The notes beneath the pieces were generated by a model. It did not search any database. It saw nothing but the letters and a program-made list of their open reading frames with translations, and had not been told where the DNA came from. This document shows, one piece after another, positions 8,644-17,116 of a stretch of DNA of 32,000 nucleotides. Positions within the stretch are counted from its first letter, which is position 1. The number at the start of each line of letters is the position of its first letter. Source of the DNA: Dubosiella newyorkensis. GTDB lineage: Bacteria; Bacillota_I; Bacilli_A; Erysipelotrichales; Erysipelotrichaceae. The stretch covers positions 1-32,000 of the forward strand of contig NZ_MPKA01000067.1 of assembly GCF_001945605.1 (NCBI RefSeq), given 5' to 3'. The position numbers and the translations under genes are program-made.

Positions 8644-10134
8644 ATGCTACAGACGACTCCAAAAGCGCAAAAATCGCTTCTTAAAAACCTTGGCATGATG
8701 ATCTTATGCCTTTTATTACCGACTGCGATCGGCTTTTTATTTATTTCCTTCAAGCTGAGCGACACGACGATCATCTTGTTGTATTTATTTGGCGTGGTTT
8801 TGTGCGCCAAGTTCACAGATGGTTTTTACTATGGGATCAACGCGTCGGTGATCGCGGTGATGCTCTTCAACTATTTTTTCACCGATCCCCTATTTACTTT
8901 GCGGGTGAATAATTCCGATTATCCGATCACGATGCTGATCATGATGATCATTTCCCTTTTGATCAGCACATTGACCTCGCAAGAAAAACAAAGCGCAACT
9001 CTCGCTCGGCATAGCGCCTTGCAAGCCACGACGCTCTACAACTTTACGAACACGCTTTTAGAAGCCAACGAGATCGAGCAAGCCCAAGAGATCATCGTTC
9101 GCTCCTTTAGCGACACGTTCCATACTAAAGCCGCTTTTTTACCTCAGACCAAAAAAGGCCAGGCGGCCCCTTATCTTCTCCAGCAAATCCAAGCGAACAC
9201 GATTAAGCATCGAAAATATCGACCAGAAAATCTAGAGCGCGAGTTTTCAAGTTGGCCCATCAAAAACAAAGAGGGCGCTTTTGGCTTGCTTTTGCTTCCA
9301 AAAATAAAAGAGGGCGGCTTTGACGAGGCTCAAAAACAACTCATCCATTCGATGTGCGCCTGCGCGGCTTTGGGATTGGATCGGATCGAGAACCTCCATC
9401 AATATATGGCTTCGCAAGAAAAGATCACCCAAGAACAATATCGTTCGAATTTGCTTCGATCCATTTCCCACGATCTTAGGACCCCGCTTTCAGGGATCAT
9501 GGGAACGAGCGAAGTCCTCATGCGACTTGAAATCTCTCAAGAAGAGCGTATCCAAATGGCGCAAGGTATTTATCAAGAGGCAAGCTGGCTTTATTCACTC
9601 GTTGAAAATATCTTGAATCTTACACGGATGGAAGAAGGACATCTTATTTTGAACAAGCAAGAAGCGCTTGCCGAAGAAATCATCGAAGCGGCTTGCTCGA
9701 CGGTCGAAAAGCGCAATAAAGATCGAACGATCCAAGTAAACATCCCCTCTGAGATCATCACGGTCGATGTCGATGAAAAGCTGATCGTTCAGCTGCTCGT
9801 TAACTTGCTTGAAAACGCGATCCGGCATACGCCCCAAGAAAATAAAGTCGAGATCGTTCTCGAAGCCGATCCTATCAAAAAAGAAGTCCGCTTTATTGTC
9901 CAGGATGAAGGCGAGGGAATCGGCAAAGAAGATTTGCCACATATTTTTGAGCCTTTTTATACATCGAGCCAAAATCAAAAAGATCGAGCGCGCGGCATCG
10001 GACTTGGTCTTGCGATCTGTCGTTCGATCGCCCAAGCGCATGATGGAGAACTGACAGCGCATAATCGTTGTGATCGAAGCGGCGCTCGATTCATATGCAC
10101 CCTCCTTATGACAGAAAGGAAAGATCTATCGTGA
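8644..10134 (+). CDS. sensor histidine kinase, KdpD C-terminal type (DUF4118 membrane domain, GAF-like, HisKA, HATPase), lacking the N-terminal KdpD/Usp sensor domains
   Basis: Four-TM N-terminus typical of the KdpD membrane module. H-box SISHDLRTPLSGI, N-box LLENAIRHTP, G-boxes DEGEGI and GIGLGLAICRSIAQAH. Confidence 0.88.
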   Translation: MLQTTPKAQKSLLKNLGMMILCLLLPTAIGFLFISFKLSDTTIILLYLFGVVLCAKFTDGFYYGINASVIAVMLFNYFFTDPLFTLRVNNSDYPITMLIMMIISLLISTLTSQEKQSATLARHSALQATTLYNFTNTLLEANEIEQAQEIIVRSFSDTFHTKAAFLPQTKKGQAAPYLLQQIQANTIKHRKYRPENLEREFSSWPIKNKEGAFGLLLLPKIKEGGFDEAQKQLIHSMCACAALGLDRIENLHQYMASQEKITQEQYRSNLLRSISHDLRTPLSGIMGTSEVLMRLEISQEERIQMAQGIYQEASWLYSLVENILNLTRMEEGHLILNKQEALAEEIIEAACSTVEKRNKDRTIQVNIPSEIITVDVDEKLIVQLLVNLLENAIRHTPQENKVEIVLEADPIKKEVRFIVQDEGEGIGKEDLPHIFEPFYTSSQNQKDRARGIGLGLAICRSIAQAHDGELTAHNRCDRSGARFICTLLMTERKDLS

Positions 10135-10817
10135 ATATTTTAATCATCGAAGACGATCAGCAGATCCGCAGCTTTCTAAGCTACATTTTAGAAAAAGAAG
10201 GATATCATCCAGAGATGGCGGCGACAGGAAAAGAAGGGCTCCAATTGCTGAAAGAAAAAGAATTCCAGTTGATCTTGCTGGATCTAGGTTTGCCCGATCT
10301 TGATGGAATGCAAGTAATCGAGAAAGTCCGCGCCGCTTCCAATCTTCCGATCCTCGTGATTTCGGCCCGCGATCAAGATCACGAAAAAGCGGACGCCCTT
10401 GATCTAGGCGCTGACGATTATTTAACGAAGCCATTTTCAACGACCGAACTTTTAGCCAGGATCCGCACGGCCCTTCGTCATGCCCAAAATGAAAACAAGA
10501 CCCAGGCCGCCCTTGTCAAAAGCGTGCAAGGGTTGACGATCGATCTTGATTCTCATCGTGTCTTTGTCAACGAAAAAGAGATCCATTTGACGCCGCTTGA
10601 GTTTTCGCTTTTAGCGTGCTTATTCGAGCAAATTGGCAAAGTGTATACGACGCAAGCGATCTTGCAAAAAGTATATGGGACCCAATATGGAAGCGATACG
10701 CGGGCGTTGCGCACCTTGATGGCTTCTCTTCGCCGCAAGATCGAACCTCAGCCAGCTAAACCGCGCTATATTTTAACGGAAATTGGTGTCGGGTATCGTT
10801 TGAACGATCACGCATAA
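10131..10817 (+). CDS. OmpR-family response regulator (KdpE-like)
   Basis: Receiver domain (ILIIEDD..., LILLDLGLPDLDG, K in LTKPF) plus winged-helix domain (LTPLEFSLL..., GVGYRL). GTG 10131 preferred: GAAAGGAAAG SD 7 nt upstream and GTGA overlap with the kinase stop. The ORF-track ATG 10095 has no SD. Confidence 0.9.
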   Translation: MNILIIEDDQQIRSFLSYILEKEGYHPEMAATGKEGLQLLKEKEFQLILLDLGLPDLDGMQVIEKVRAASNLPILVISARDQDHEKADALDLGADDYLTKPFSTTELLARIRTALRHAQNENKTQAALVKSVQGLTIDLDSHRVFVNEKEIHLTPLEFSLLACLFEQIGKVYTTQAILQKVYGTQYGSDTRALRTLMASLRRKIEPQPAKPRYILTEIGVGYRLNDHA

Positions 10818-10850
10818 AAAAATGATGGATCTTGGAGCCATCGTTTCAGA

Positions 10851-10881
10851 CTGCCGTCCAATAGAGTGTCGGCAGTTTTTT
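10851..10881 (+). terminator. intrinsic terminator after the response regulator gene
   Basis: CTGCCG-(13 nt)-CGGCAG followed by TTTTTTC. Confidence 0.7.
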
Positions 10882-11282
10882 CTTTTTGCAACTGTTACCT
10901 ATCCTACTCATATACTATATTTAGAAGTATTTCTACAAAAGCCATGAAACCCGATTCGATATTAACGATCGATTCCCGGGATAATTCAAAGCTTGATTTT
11001 TTTGGATTACTTTTGAGATCGTTTCCCATTTTTTAATGACCTCTTTATCTGAATAATCATCAACGCTCAATTTATTTTAAGGAGGTTTTTTTCATGTCTG
11101 ATGAATATTCATGTCACGATCAGAAAACAAGCGCATTGGATCAGGTTTTCTAGATCATTCTCAACGAATGCATTCAGAACAGATCCAGCATTTTCAAAGG
11201 CCCTACAAACATACGAAGAGAAAACCCTCACAAAAAATGAATTTAAGTTATCCAAAAACTTGACAGATTTCCAGTATCTAGC

Positions 11283-12254
11283 TTACTTTGACAAATCAAC
11301 ATGAAGCAAATCCGCTCGCTCCTTGATCAATCGTTTCACGTTTTCTTTTTCTTCTTCAGGCAAAAAAGATTGTTCGCACGCTTCCAAAAAAAGATCAATA
11401 TTTTTCAGCATTCGTTCGATTAGTCTTTCAGCAGTTTTCTTTTCGATCTCAATTGAATGCGCAAACTTCAAAAAATCCCCTCGCCTCAAATTTCGTTTTT
11501 TTCCATTCAACGTTAAAGCGGTTTGATCTAAATCTGTAGGCATCACGATATTAACAGGAAGTTGATCATACACCGGAGAAAGCTGATATACACCCGCTTT
11601 GTTTTGAATCAACGAGAAATTTTTTAAATGCATATCGGAATTGCCAATAAGAAACGCAAAAACAAGCCGGATAAACAATTCAGTCAAGTCGAATTGATAG
11701 AAAGCCGAATATTTTTTTATCGTTTTCGCACACCGCTCATAAGAACTGTTGTATTTGTCTTCCGTTAAACGGTTCTGAAGCTGGCAAAAATCTTCCATCG
11801 CCATTTTTACGACTTTTTTCTTTTTCTCCACCCGGTCAATTCGTTTCGTAATATACGCCAACGTCCCGTTTGTTAATCGAATCAACCCGAATGGGACGGC
11901 AGGAATCTTAGCGATTTGCGCAAGACGCATCCCCAGCTGCTCAAATTCAGGAAGATAAGAAAATTTTTCTGTTTGTGGTTTTAAAATATACCCTGTCGGA
12001 TAATCCACGATCGTTAACCTCGATCCCGTCTCTTCTTCGATCAAATGTAAAGAAAGCTTTTTTTGAACGCCAGGCACCGTATATCCTTCGCTTACCGTTT
12101 TTCGGGCGATTTCCTGCAAGATCGAATCATCCAAATCAAGAACCGGATGCAAAGTCATTCCGAAAAATTTTTTAGTACATCCCGTATGCCATTGCGACTC
12201 CATTTCTTCTGGCGTAGGATCGACAAGCTCTTTGCCACAATATAAACATCTCAT
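11283..12254 (-). CDS. hipT: HipT-like serine/threonine kinase toxin (HipA C-terminal kinase core only)
   Basis: Gly-rich loop TVPGVQKKLSLHL, catalytic motif IGNSDMHLKNFSL, Mg-binding LSPVYDQLP. N-terminal CxxC...HxxC knuckle (MRCLYCGKELV...WHTGCTKKFFG). ATGA overlap with hipS. Confidence 0.88.
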   Translation of the reverse strand: MRCLYCGKELVDPTPEEMESQWHTGCTKKFFGMTLHPVLDLDDSILQEIARKTVSEGYTVPGVQKKLSLHLIEEETGSRLTIVDYPTGYILKPQTEKFSYLPEFEQLGMRLAQIAKIPAVPFGLIRLTNGTLAYITKRIDRVEKKKKVVKMAMEDFCQLQNRLTEDKYNSSYERCAKTIKKYSAFYQFDLTELFIRLVFAFLIGNSDMHLKNFSLIQNKAGVYQLSPVYDQLPVNIVMPTDLDQTALTLNGKKRNLRRGDFLKFAHSIEIEKKTAERLIERMLKNIDLFLEACEQSFLPEEEKENVKRLIKERADLLHVDLSK

Positions 12255-12574
12255 CTTTCACTCTCTCCCCATATAGACACATTTCCAATGGCATCTTTAC
12301 AAGCTACAAGCAACACGCCAAAACGATCTTTACGATCAAGCTTCCAGTTTTGGATTGTCACATCATACAACCATCCTTCTGGAATTAGTCCATCAAAAAA
12401 AGGAAATAACACAGACGATTCATATGGTTCTTCGCGAAGCGGCAAAGTCAAGCTGACATCTTTCGCACCTTTTATGGCTAAATAGTCTTTTTCATAGGAA
12501 AAACGATAGCCGCTATCCGTCTCTTCAATGGTTCCGGCTTTTTGTTCCTCCACCCATACATTTCCTTTTCTCAT
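12251..12574 (-). CDS. hipS: HipS-like protein (free-standing HipA N-terminal subdomain)
   Basis: 107 aa. GTIEETDSGYRFSYEKDYL...SLTLPL...FPFFDGLIPEGW...RFGVLLVACKDAIGNV matches the HipA N-terminal (couple_hipA) pattern. Overlaps both neighbours by 4 nt. Confidence 0.82.
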   Translation of the reverse strand: MRKGNVWVEEQKAGTIEETDSGYRFSYEKDYLAIKGAKDVSLTLPLREEPYESSVLFPFFDGLIPEGWLYDVTIQNWKLDRKDRFGVLLVACKDAIGNVSIWGESER

Positions 12575-12780
12575 TCCTCGCTCCGTTTCAAATCACCCGG
12601 CACCGCTTCCTTGCCAAACATCCTCAGCGCCTTGTTCACCTTGTCCATTCGAACCGTTTCCTTTCCTTGCTCCAGTTCTCGGACAAACCGCAATCCCAGT
12701 CCAGCTCGCAAGGCGAACTCCTCCTGCGTGATTCCAAGTTTTCTTCGCTCCGTTTTGATATAGTTTCCAATCGTTGTCAT
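12571..12780 (-). CDS. hipB: HipB-like XRE-family HTH protein
   Basis: 69 aa. IKTERRKLGITQEEFALRAGLGLRFVRELEQGK is a Cro/C1 HTH. First gene of the three-gene operon. Confidence 0.85.
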   Translation of the reverse strand: MTTIGNYIKTERRKLGITQEEFALRAGLGLRFVRELEQGKETVRMDKVNKALRMFGKEAVPGDLKRSEE

Positions 12781-12786
12781 GTTGAC

Positions 12787-12887
12787 ATTTTATACCTTAT
12801 CGGGTACATATTCAACAAAAACCACGATATAATACCTTATCGGGTATAAAAACGGATATTCCATCTGTGTGAGTACCCGAACGGGTA
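12787..12887 (-). promoter_or_regulatory. hipBST promoter with three TACC-N6-GGTA palindromic operators
   Basis: Read on the minus strand: -35 TTGAAT (12810-12815), 17-nt spacer, -10 TAAAAT (12787-12792), only 6 nt before the hipB ATG. Operators: ATACCTTATCGGGTA at 12792-12806 (inside the spacer) and 12832-12846, and TACCCGAACGGGTA at 12874-12887. They sit about 40 bp apart. Confidence 0.65.
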
Positions 12888-12974
12888 TAATTTTGTTTAA
12901 GAAAAAAAGAACTATGCTCGCTTCTAGTCTTGCCTAGAAACTTACACAGTTCAATTTACACTCTTACTTTTTTC

Positions 12975-13739
12975 TCAACCTTTGATATAGATCGGCGTTG
13001 AATCCGCCATGATCTGTTGCGCGACTTGCTGGGTCGAAAACATGAATTCGATCGCCTTATGATCGGTCTTTCCTTTGCACGCTTCGCCTAAGCGTTGAAA
13101 GAGCTTAGGATCTTGCGGATCCATATCGACGATGCAAAGCCAATGCACTTCCTCGCCTTCAATACGTTCCTTCAAATACATCGACTGGATGCTTGGAAGC
13201 TCTTGAGCTTCTTGATAGAGCGCCTGGATGAGCGCTTCGACTTTTTTGACCGGCTCGCGCACTTGCAGCTTTTCGCCTTTTTTGATCCGTGTCGGTTTGA
13301 TCACTGTCTTCTTTGTCTTTTGGATGCCTTCTAAAAATTCAACATCGATCGGAACGTTGATCGAGAATGGATCGAGCACGATCCCTTCGACTTGATCTTT
13401 GGCCATTTCCACGAACGGCATGAATTGATCGAAAGACAAGACGAGCGTATGGACGCTTTCGTCTTGGTTCCATGAGCTGAGCTCTTCATAGTCCGTGAAC
13501 ATTGGAAAGTAGTATCTTCCTTTGTCATCCTGCAATAAAAGCAGCTGGATCTGGGTGTCTGGCTCGAACACGAGCTGACCGTTTTCATCCTTATCGGGTT
13601 TTTTATCCCATTTGGCTGGAGCGAGAACATCCGTATCTCGCAAGATGCGGGCCATGTTCGTGATCGTTTCTTGATTTTCGTTTTCACGAAGCGCTTCGAG
13701 CGCTTTTTTTAATTCAGTATTCTTATATACATTTGCCAT
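12975..13739 (-). CDS. SseB-family protein
   Basis: DVLAPAKW...GRYYFPMFTDYEELSSW...GIVLDPFSINVPI is the SseB N-domain pattern; there is also a C-terminal SseB_C-like region. ATG 13739 preferred (GGAG 8 nt upstream, 2 nt after the pmbA stop) over the ORF-track 13763. Confidence 0.75.
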   Translation of the reverse strand: MANVYKNTELKKALEALRENENQETITNMARILRDTDVLAPAKWDKKPDKDENGQLVFEPDTQIQLLLLQDDKGRYYFPMFTDYEELSSWNQDESVHTLVLSFDQFMPFVEMAKDQVEGIVLDPFSINVPIDVEFLEGIQKTKKTVIKPTRIKKGEKLQVREPVKKVEALIQALYQEAQELPSIQSMYLKERIEGEEVHWLCIVDMDPQDPKLFQRLGEACKGKTDHKAIEFMFSTQQVAQQIMADSTPIYIKG

Positions 13740-13741
13740 AT

Positions 13742-15070
13742 TTATTCTCCACTGACTGCGCATTTTTCAAAAAGAATGCTAGGACAAACAACTTGCTTAT
13801 ACGTCCAGTCCATATCGTTTCCGATCGCCACGACATGGTTCATCAAATCCAAGAACGTGCCTGCGATCGTGATCAAAGTGACCGGCTCTGATCTTTTTCC
13901 ATCCTTGACTCTATATCCGGAAGCCTGCAAAGAGAATTGCGTCGAGACAAAATGAATCCCCGCATGCAGTCCCATCAGATCCGTGATGACTAAGCCATTC
14001 TGCATTTGCTCCATCAAGCCATCCAGATCTTTTTCTCCTGGGACGATGCTCAAATTCATCGGCTGCACGCTCACTGGCGAAGCATACCCGGACTTGAAGC
14101 CATTGCCTGTGCTTTCCGTATTCATCTTGATCGCCGATTTGATATCATAGAGCGCTTGCTCGAACACGCCATGATCGACGAGCACCTTACGCTTCGTCAA
14201 AACTCCTTCATCATCAAAATTCGCGATGCTCAAAGCGTTAGGATCTCTTGGATCATCGATCACGCTGACCTGTTCAGAAAAGATCTTCTTGCCTAGATCC
14301 TTAGCGATCGGCGAGATCCCTTTCGCGATCAAATCGCCCGAGAAAAGACCCGCAAACGCTCCGAAAAGCGAACTCATCGCATCTTTTTCTAAAATGATCG
14401 GACATGTTGTCGATGGAATCGAGCGCGCCCCTAATTGATCCAGCGCCTCTTGACACACCTCTTTCACAAAAGCGTCTATATCGAACGTATCGAAATTCTC
14501 GACGACCTCGACCTTTGTCGCGTCTTTATAGACCCCGTTTTCGAGAGCGACGATAGAACAAACAAGATATTGAACTTGGTCCTCGTCTTCTAAATGCAGG
14601 CCGAGCGAATTCGTGATCTCGCGCGCCCCTTTTCCTTCCTCATAGCCAAGATAGCCGACTTGGACGATCCGTGGATCGTAGGCTAGACATTTTTCTTCGA
14701 TCTTGTCCATCGTCTTTTCCACTTGCTGCATAGAAGGCTGTACCCATTGCCGAGAAGAAACCGCTTTTTCTTCCAAAGGCTTTGGTGTGGCGAACACGAC
14801 TTTTTCAGGCGTCTGGATCGTCTTGGCTTGATCGACGAGCTGCTTGAGCACGCTATCCATCTTCGAATCGTCCACTTGTTCAAGAGCGATCATCGCCACA
14901 TTGCCATCGACGATCCCTCTTAGCGATGTCCCTAAGATCTTGCTTGTCACAAAGGTATCCATCGCATGCTCGTACCACGTCATTTCCTTTGACGCGCTAA
15001 GCGATTGATAGATCTCAAAAGATTCTAAGCCAAGCTCCTTGGCTTTTTCGATCCAAGCTTGCTTATTCAT
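13742..15070 (-). CDS. pmbA: PmbA/TldE-family metalloprotease partner
   Basis: 442-aa TldD/PmbA-fold protein without HExxxH. Overlaps tldD by 8 nt. Confidence 0.88.
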   Translation of the reverse strand: MNKQAWIEKAKELGLESFEIYQSLSASKEMTWYEHAMDTFVTSKILGTSLRGIVDGNVAMIALEQVDDSKMDSVLKQLVDQAKTIQTPEKVVFATPKPLEEKAVSSRQWVQPSMQQVEKTMDKIEEKCLAYDPRIVQVGYLGYEEGKGAREITNSLGLHLEDEDQVQYLVCSIVALENGVYKDATKVEVVENFDTFDIDAFVKEVCQEALDQLGARSIPSTTCPIILEKDAMSSLFGAFAGLFSGDLIAKGISPIAKDLGKKIFSEQVSVIDDPRDPNALSIANFDDEGVLTKRKVLVDHGVFEQALYDIKSAIKMNTESTGNGFKSGYASPVSVQPMNLSIVPGEKDLDGLMEQMQNGLVITDLMGLHAGIHFVSTQFSLQASGYRVKDGKRSEPVTLITIAGTFLDLMNHVVAIGNDMDWTYKQVVCPSILFEKCAVSGE

Positions 15071-16451
15071 TGGCAGTACCTCCTACGGTGATCTCTTTGA
15101 CTCTAAGTCTTGGCTGTCCTACATCGGTCGGGATCGAACCGCTGATCGAACCACACATTCCTTGGGCCCGTTCCAAATTATCTCCCACCATATCGATGTT
15201 CATCAAGATCTCTTGTCCCGTTCCGATCAAAGAAGCGCCTTTGACCGGATCGGTGATCTTTCCGTTTTCGATCATATAGCCTTCTTGCACCGCAAAATTG
15301 AATTCTCCCGTTTGAGGGTTGACGCTGCCTCCCCCCATCTTTTTGGCATATAAACCACGCTCGATCCCTTTAAGCATGTCTTCAAGAGTATCCGTGCCTG
15401 GTGCGATATACGTATTGGACATTCGAGACGTTGGCTCGTATTTATACGATTGCCGGCGGGAAGAGCCACTAGAGGCCATACCCATTCGACGGCCATTGAG
15501 CGTATCGATCATATAGCTTTTTAAGATACCATGATCGATCAAGACGCGGCGTTGTTGCGGATTGCCTTCGTCATCGATATTTTGCGAGCCCCACGCATTC
15601 GGGATCGTTCCATCATCGATGGCCGTGACTTTTTCATTGGCGATCTGTTCGCCTAGCTTGTTGGCGAAGACAGATTGATTTTTAGCCACCGCTGTCGCTT
15701 CCAAGGAATGCCCGCACGCCTCATGGAAAATGACACCGCCAAACCCATTATCGATGATGACAGGCATCTTGCCCGAAGGGCAAGGCTTGGCTTGGCTGAG
15801 GACAAGCGCGATCCGAGTGGCTTCTTTCCCGATCGAGCTAGGACTTGTCGTTTCAAAAAATTCAAGCCCCATGCTTCCTCCAGGCGAACAAGCGCCCGAC
15901 TGGAGCGTTTTTCCATCGCTTACATACGAGCTGATCGCCATACGTACCCGGTGACGATCGTCTTGGACAAGACGTCCATTCGAATTCGAGATCTGTACCT
16001 TTTGATGAACGCTCGCCAGCGAAGCCGACACTTTTTCCACCTTCTCACTCGCCTCATAAGCGGCTTGGCTTCCTTCCATTAAAAGATCCACTTTCTCTTG
16101 AAGGGGACTGGCAAGCGGATCGATACGGATCGGATGCTTGTCTTCGATCTTTTCTTCCTTCAATTGGACCTTGACACCCTCGTCTTTTGGACCTAACGCG
16201 TCCACAAGGTCGGCGATCACATTTTTGAGCGAGTCCATATCTTCAATATCCGTATAGCCATAGACAGATTGAACGCCTTTATATAAGCGGATCCCTACTC
16301 CTGAACTTTGCGAGCGGTCCACGCCCTCAACGACCTGATTGAGCATGGAAATACTTTCTTTATTCGTATCTTCTTCAAAGATTTCCGCAAAATCGGCTTC
16401 GGAGCGCATGCACAAAGTGAGCAGTTCTTCCAACTGTTCTTTTTTTAACAT
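15063..16451 (-). CDS. tldD: TldD metalloprotease
   Basis: 462 aa with zinc motif HEACGHSLEA and C-terminal GMCGSISGSIP typical of TldD. Confidence 0.9.
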   Translation of the reverse strand: MLKKEQLEELLTLCMRSEADFAEIFEEDTNKESISMLNQVVEGVDRSQSSGVGIRLYKGVQSVYGYTDIEDMDSLKNVIADLVDALGPKDEGVKVQLKEEKIEDKHPIRIDPLASPLQEKVDLLMEGSQAAYEASEKVEKVSASLASVHQKVQISNSNGRLVQDDRHRVRMAISSYVSDGKTLQSGACSPGGSMGLEFFETTSPSSIGKEATRIALVLSQAKPCPSGKMPVIIDNGFGGVIFHEACGHSLEATAVAKNQSVFANKLGEQIANEKVTAIDDGTIPNAWGSQNIDDEGNPQQRRVLIDHGILKSYMIDTLNGRRMGMASSGSSRRQSYKYEPTSRMSNTYIAPGTDTLEDMLKGIERGLYAKKMGGGSVNPQTGEFNFAVQEGYMIENGKITDPVKGASLIGTGQEILMNIDMVGDNLERAQGMCGSISGSIPTDVGQPRLRVKEITVGGTANE

Positions 16452-16473
16452 GGTTTTCCTTCTTCCTATTTTA

Positions 16474-16482
16474 TATAGAACA
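16474..16482 (-). promoter_or_regulatory. extended -10 element (TGGTATAAT) upstream of tldD
   Basis: Minus strand reads TGGTATAAT about 22 nt upstream of the tldD ATG region and downstream of the preceding terminator. No clear -35. Confidence 0.4.
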
Positions 16483-16509
16483 AATTATACCACAGAAGAA
16501 CGAAAAAAA

Positions 16510-16532
16510 AGCAGACAAGCGACTTGTCTGCT
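16510..16532 (-). terminator. intrinsic terminator after the 166-aa gene
   Basis: Minus strand: AGCAGACAAG-TCG-CTTGTCTGCT followed by TTTTTTTT. Overlaps the stop codon. Confidence 0.85.
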
Positions 16533-17031
16533 AAATCAAGATTTTCTCGAGCGTATGCCGGACGATATCGTTTACCATATTCACGCTCAGCGATTTCTGG
16601 AGCTGTTTTTCTTTTTGGCTTTGCCATTGATATAAGATCATACTGCTTTCATCTTCATAATAGGCATACAAAACGATAATATACAACGAATCGAGGATCT
16701 CGTACAATTTTGAATCTTTTTCGCAAGAGGACATGACCAAAATAAGCTGCGAACGAAGCGCTAAGATCCGAGATGAAAACGTTGTCTTTGGGGCTGAAAA
16801 ATCGATCGTCATCCCGCCTTTACCCGTGCATACGACCCCTTCCTTATCGGTGAACGAATACAATAAATCGCAATGTTGATCATCAAGATATGTATTGATC
16901 TCATTGAGCAGATCTTTCCATTGTTTCATTGCGATTTCATGCGCTTTATATTGATATTCGGCTTCTAGGCGCTGCAGTTCATCGCTCCAGTGCGAGAGGT
17001 CAAATGAATAAGTTTTTTCGTTTTTATACAT
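16531..17031 (-). CDS. hypothetical protein (166 aa)
   Basis: Long ORF with AAAGGAAAAGGAAT RBS, its own promoter and its own terminator. No recognisable motifs. Confidence 0.7.
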   Translation of the reverse strand: MYKNEKTYSFDLSHWSDELQRLEAEYQYKAHEIAMKQWKDLLNEINTYLDDQHCDLLYSFTDKEGVVCTGKGGMTIDFSAPKTTFSSRILALRSQLILVMSSCEKDSKLYEILDSLYIIVLYAYYEDESSMILYQWQSQKEKQLQKSLSVNMVNDIVRHTLEKILI

Positions 17032-17061
17032 ATTCCTTTTCCTTTAAATATTCTATGGAAA

Positions 17062-17089
17062 ATTCTAACGATATTTAAGTAAATGTCAA
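17062..17089 (-). promoter_or_regulatory. sigma-A-type promoter of the 166-aa gene
   Basis: Minus strand: TTGACA (17084-17089), 16-nt spacer, TAGAAT (17062-17067). Confidence 0.55.
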
Positions 17090-17116
17090 TTAAATATGTG
17101 TTAAAAAAGTGATACA

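Noticed and set aside
8559-8816. 85-aa minus-strand ORF spanning the kinase start region
   Set aside because: It runs antisense across the kinase 5' end and the intergenic promoter region. No RBS, and low-complexity sequence.
9595-10062. 155-aa minus-strand ORF inside the histidine kinase gene
   Set aside because: Antisense to a frame that carries the H, N and G boxes.
11101-11304. 67-aa plus-strand ORF (MNIHVTIRKQAHW...)
   Set aside because: Its ATG is 15 nt from the SD, too far. It overlaps the hipT 3' end. The product is basic and featureless. The better-placed ATG at 11094 opens a different, 19-codon frame (see findings).
12901-12974. Possible terminator after the SseB-like gene (TTCTAG-GCAAGA-CTAGAA ... 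TTTTTTT)
   Set aside because: The stem is only 6 bp and the T run is 14 nt away from it, which is too weak to call.
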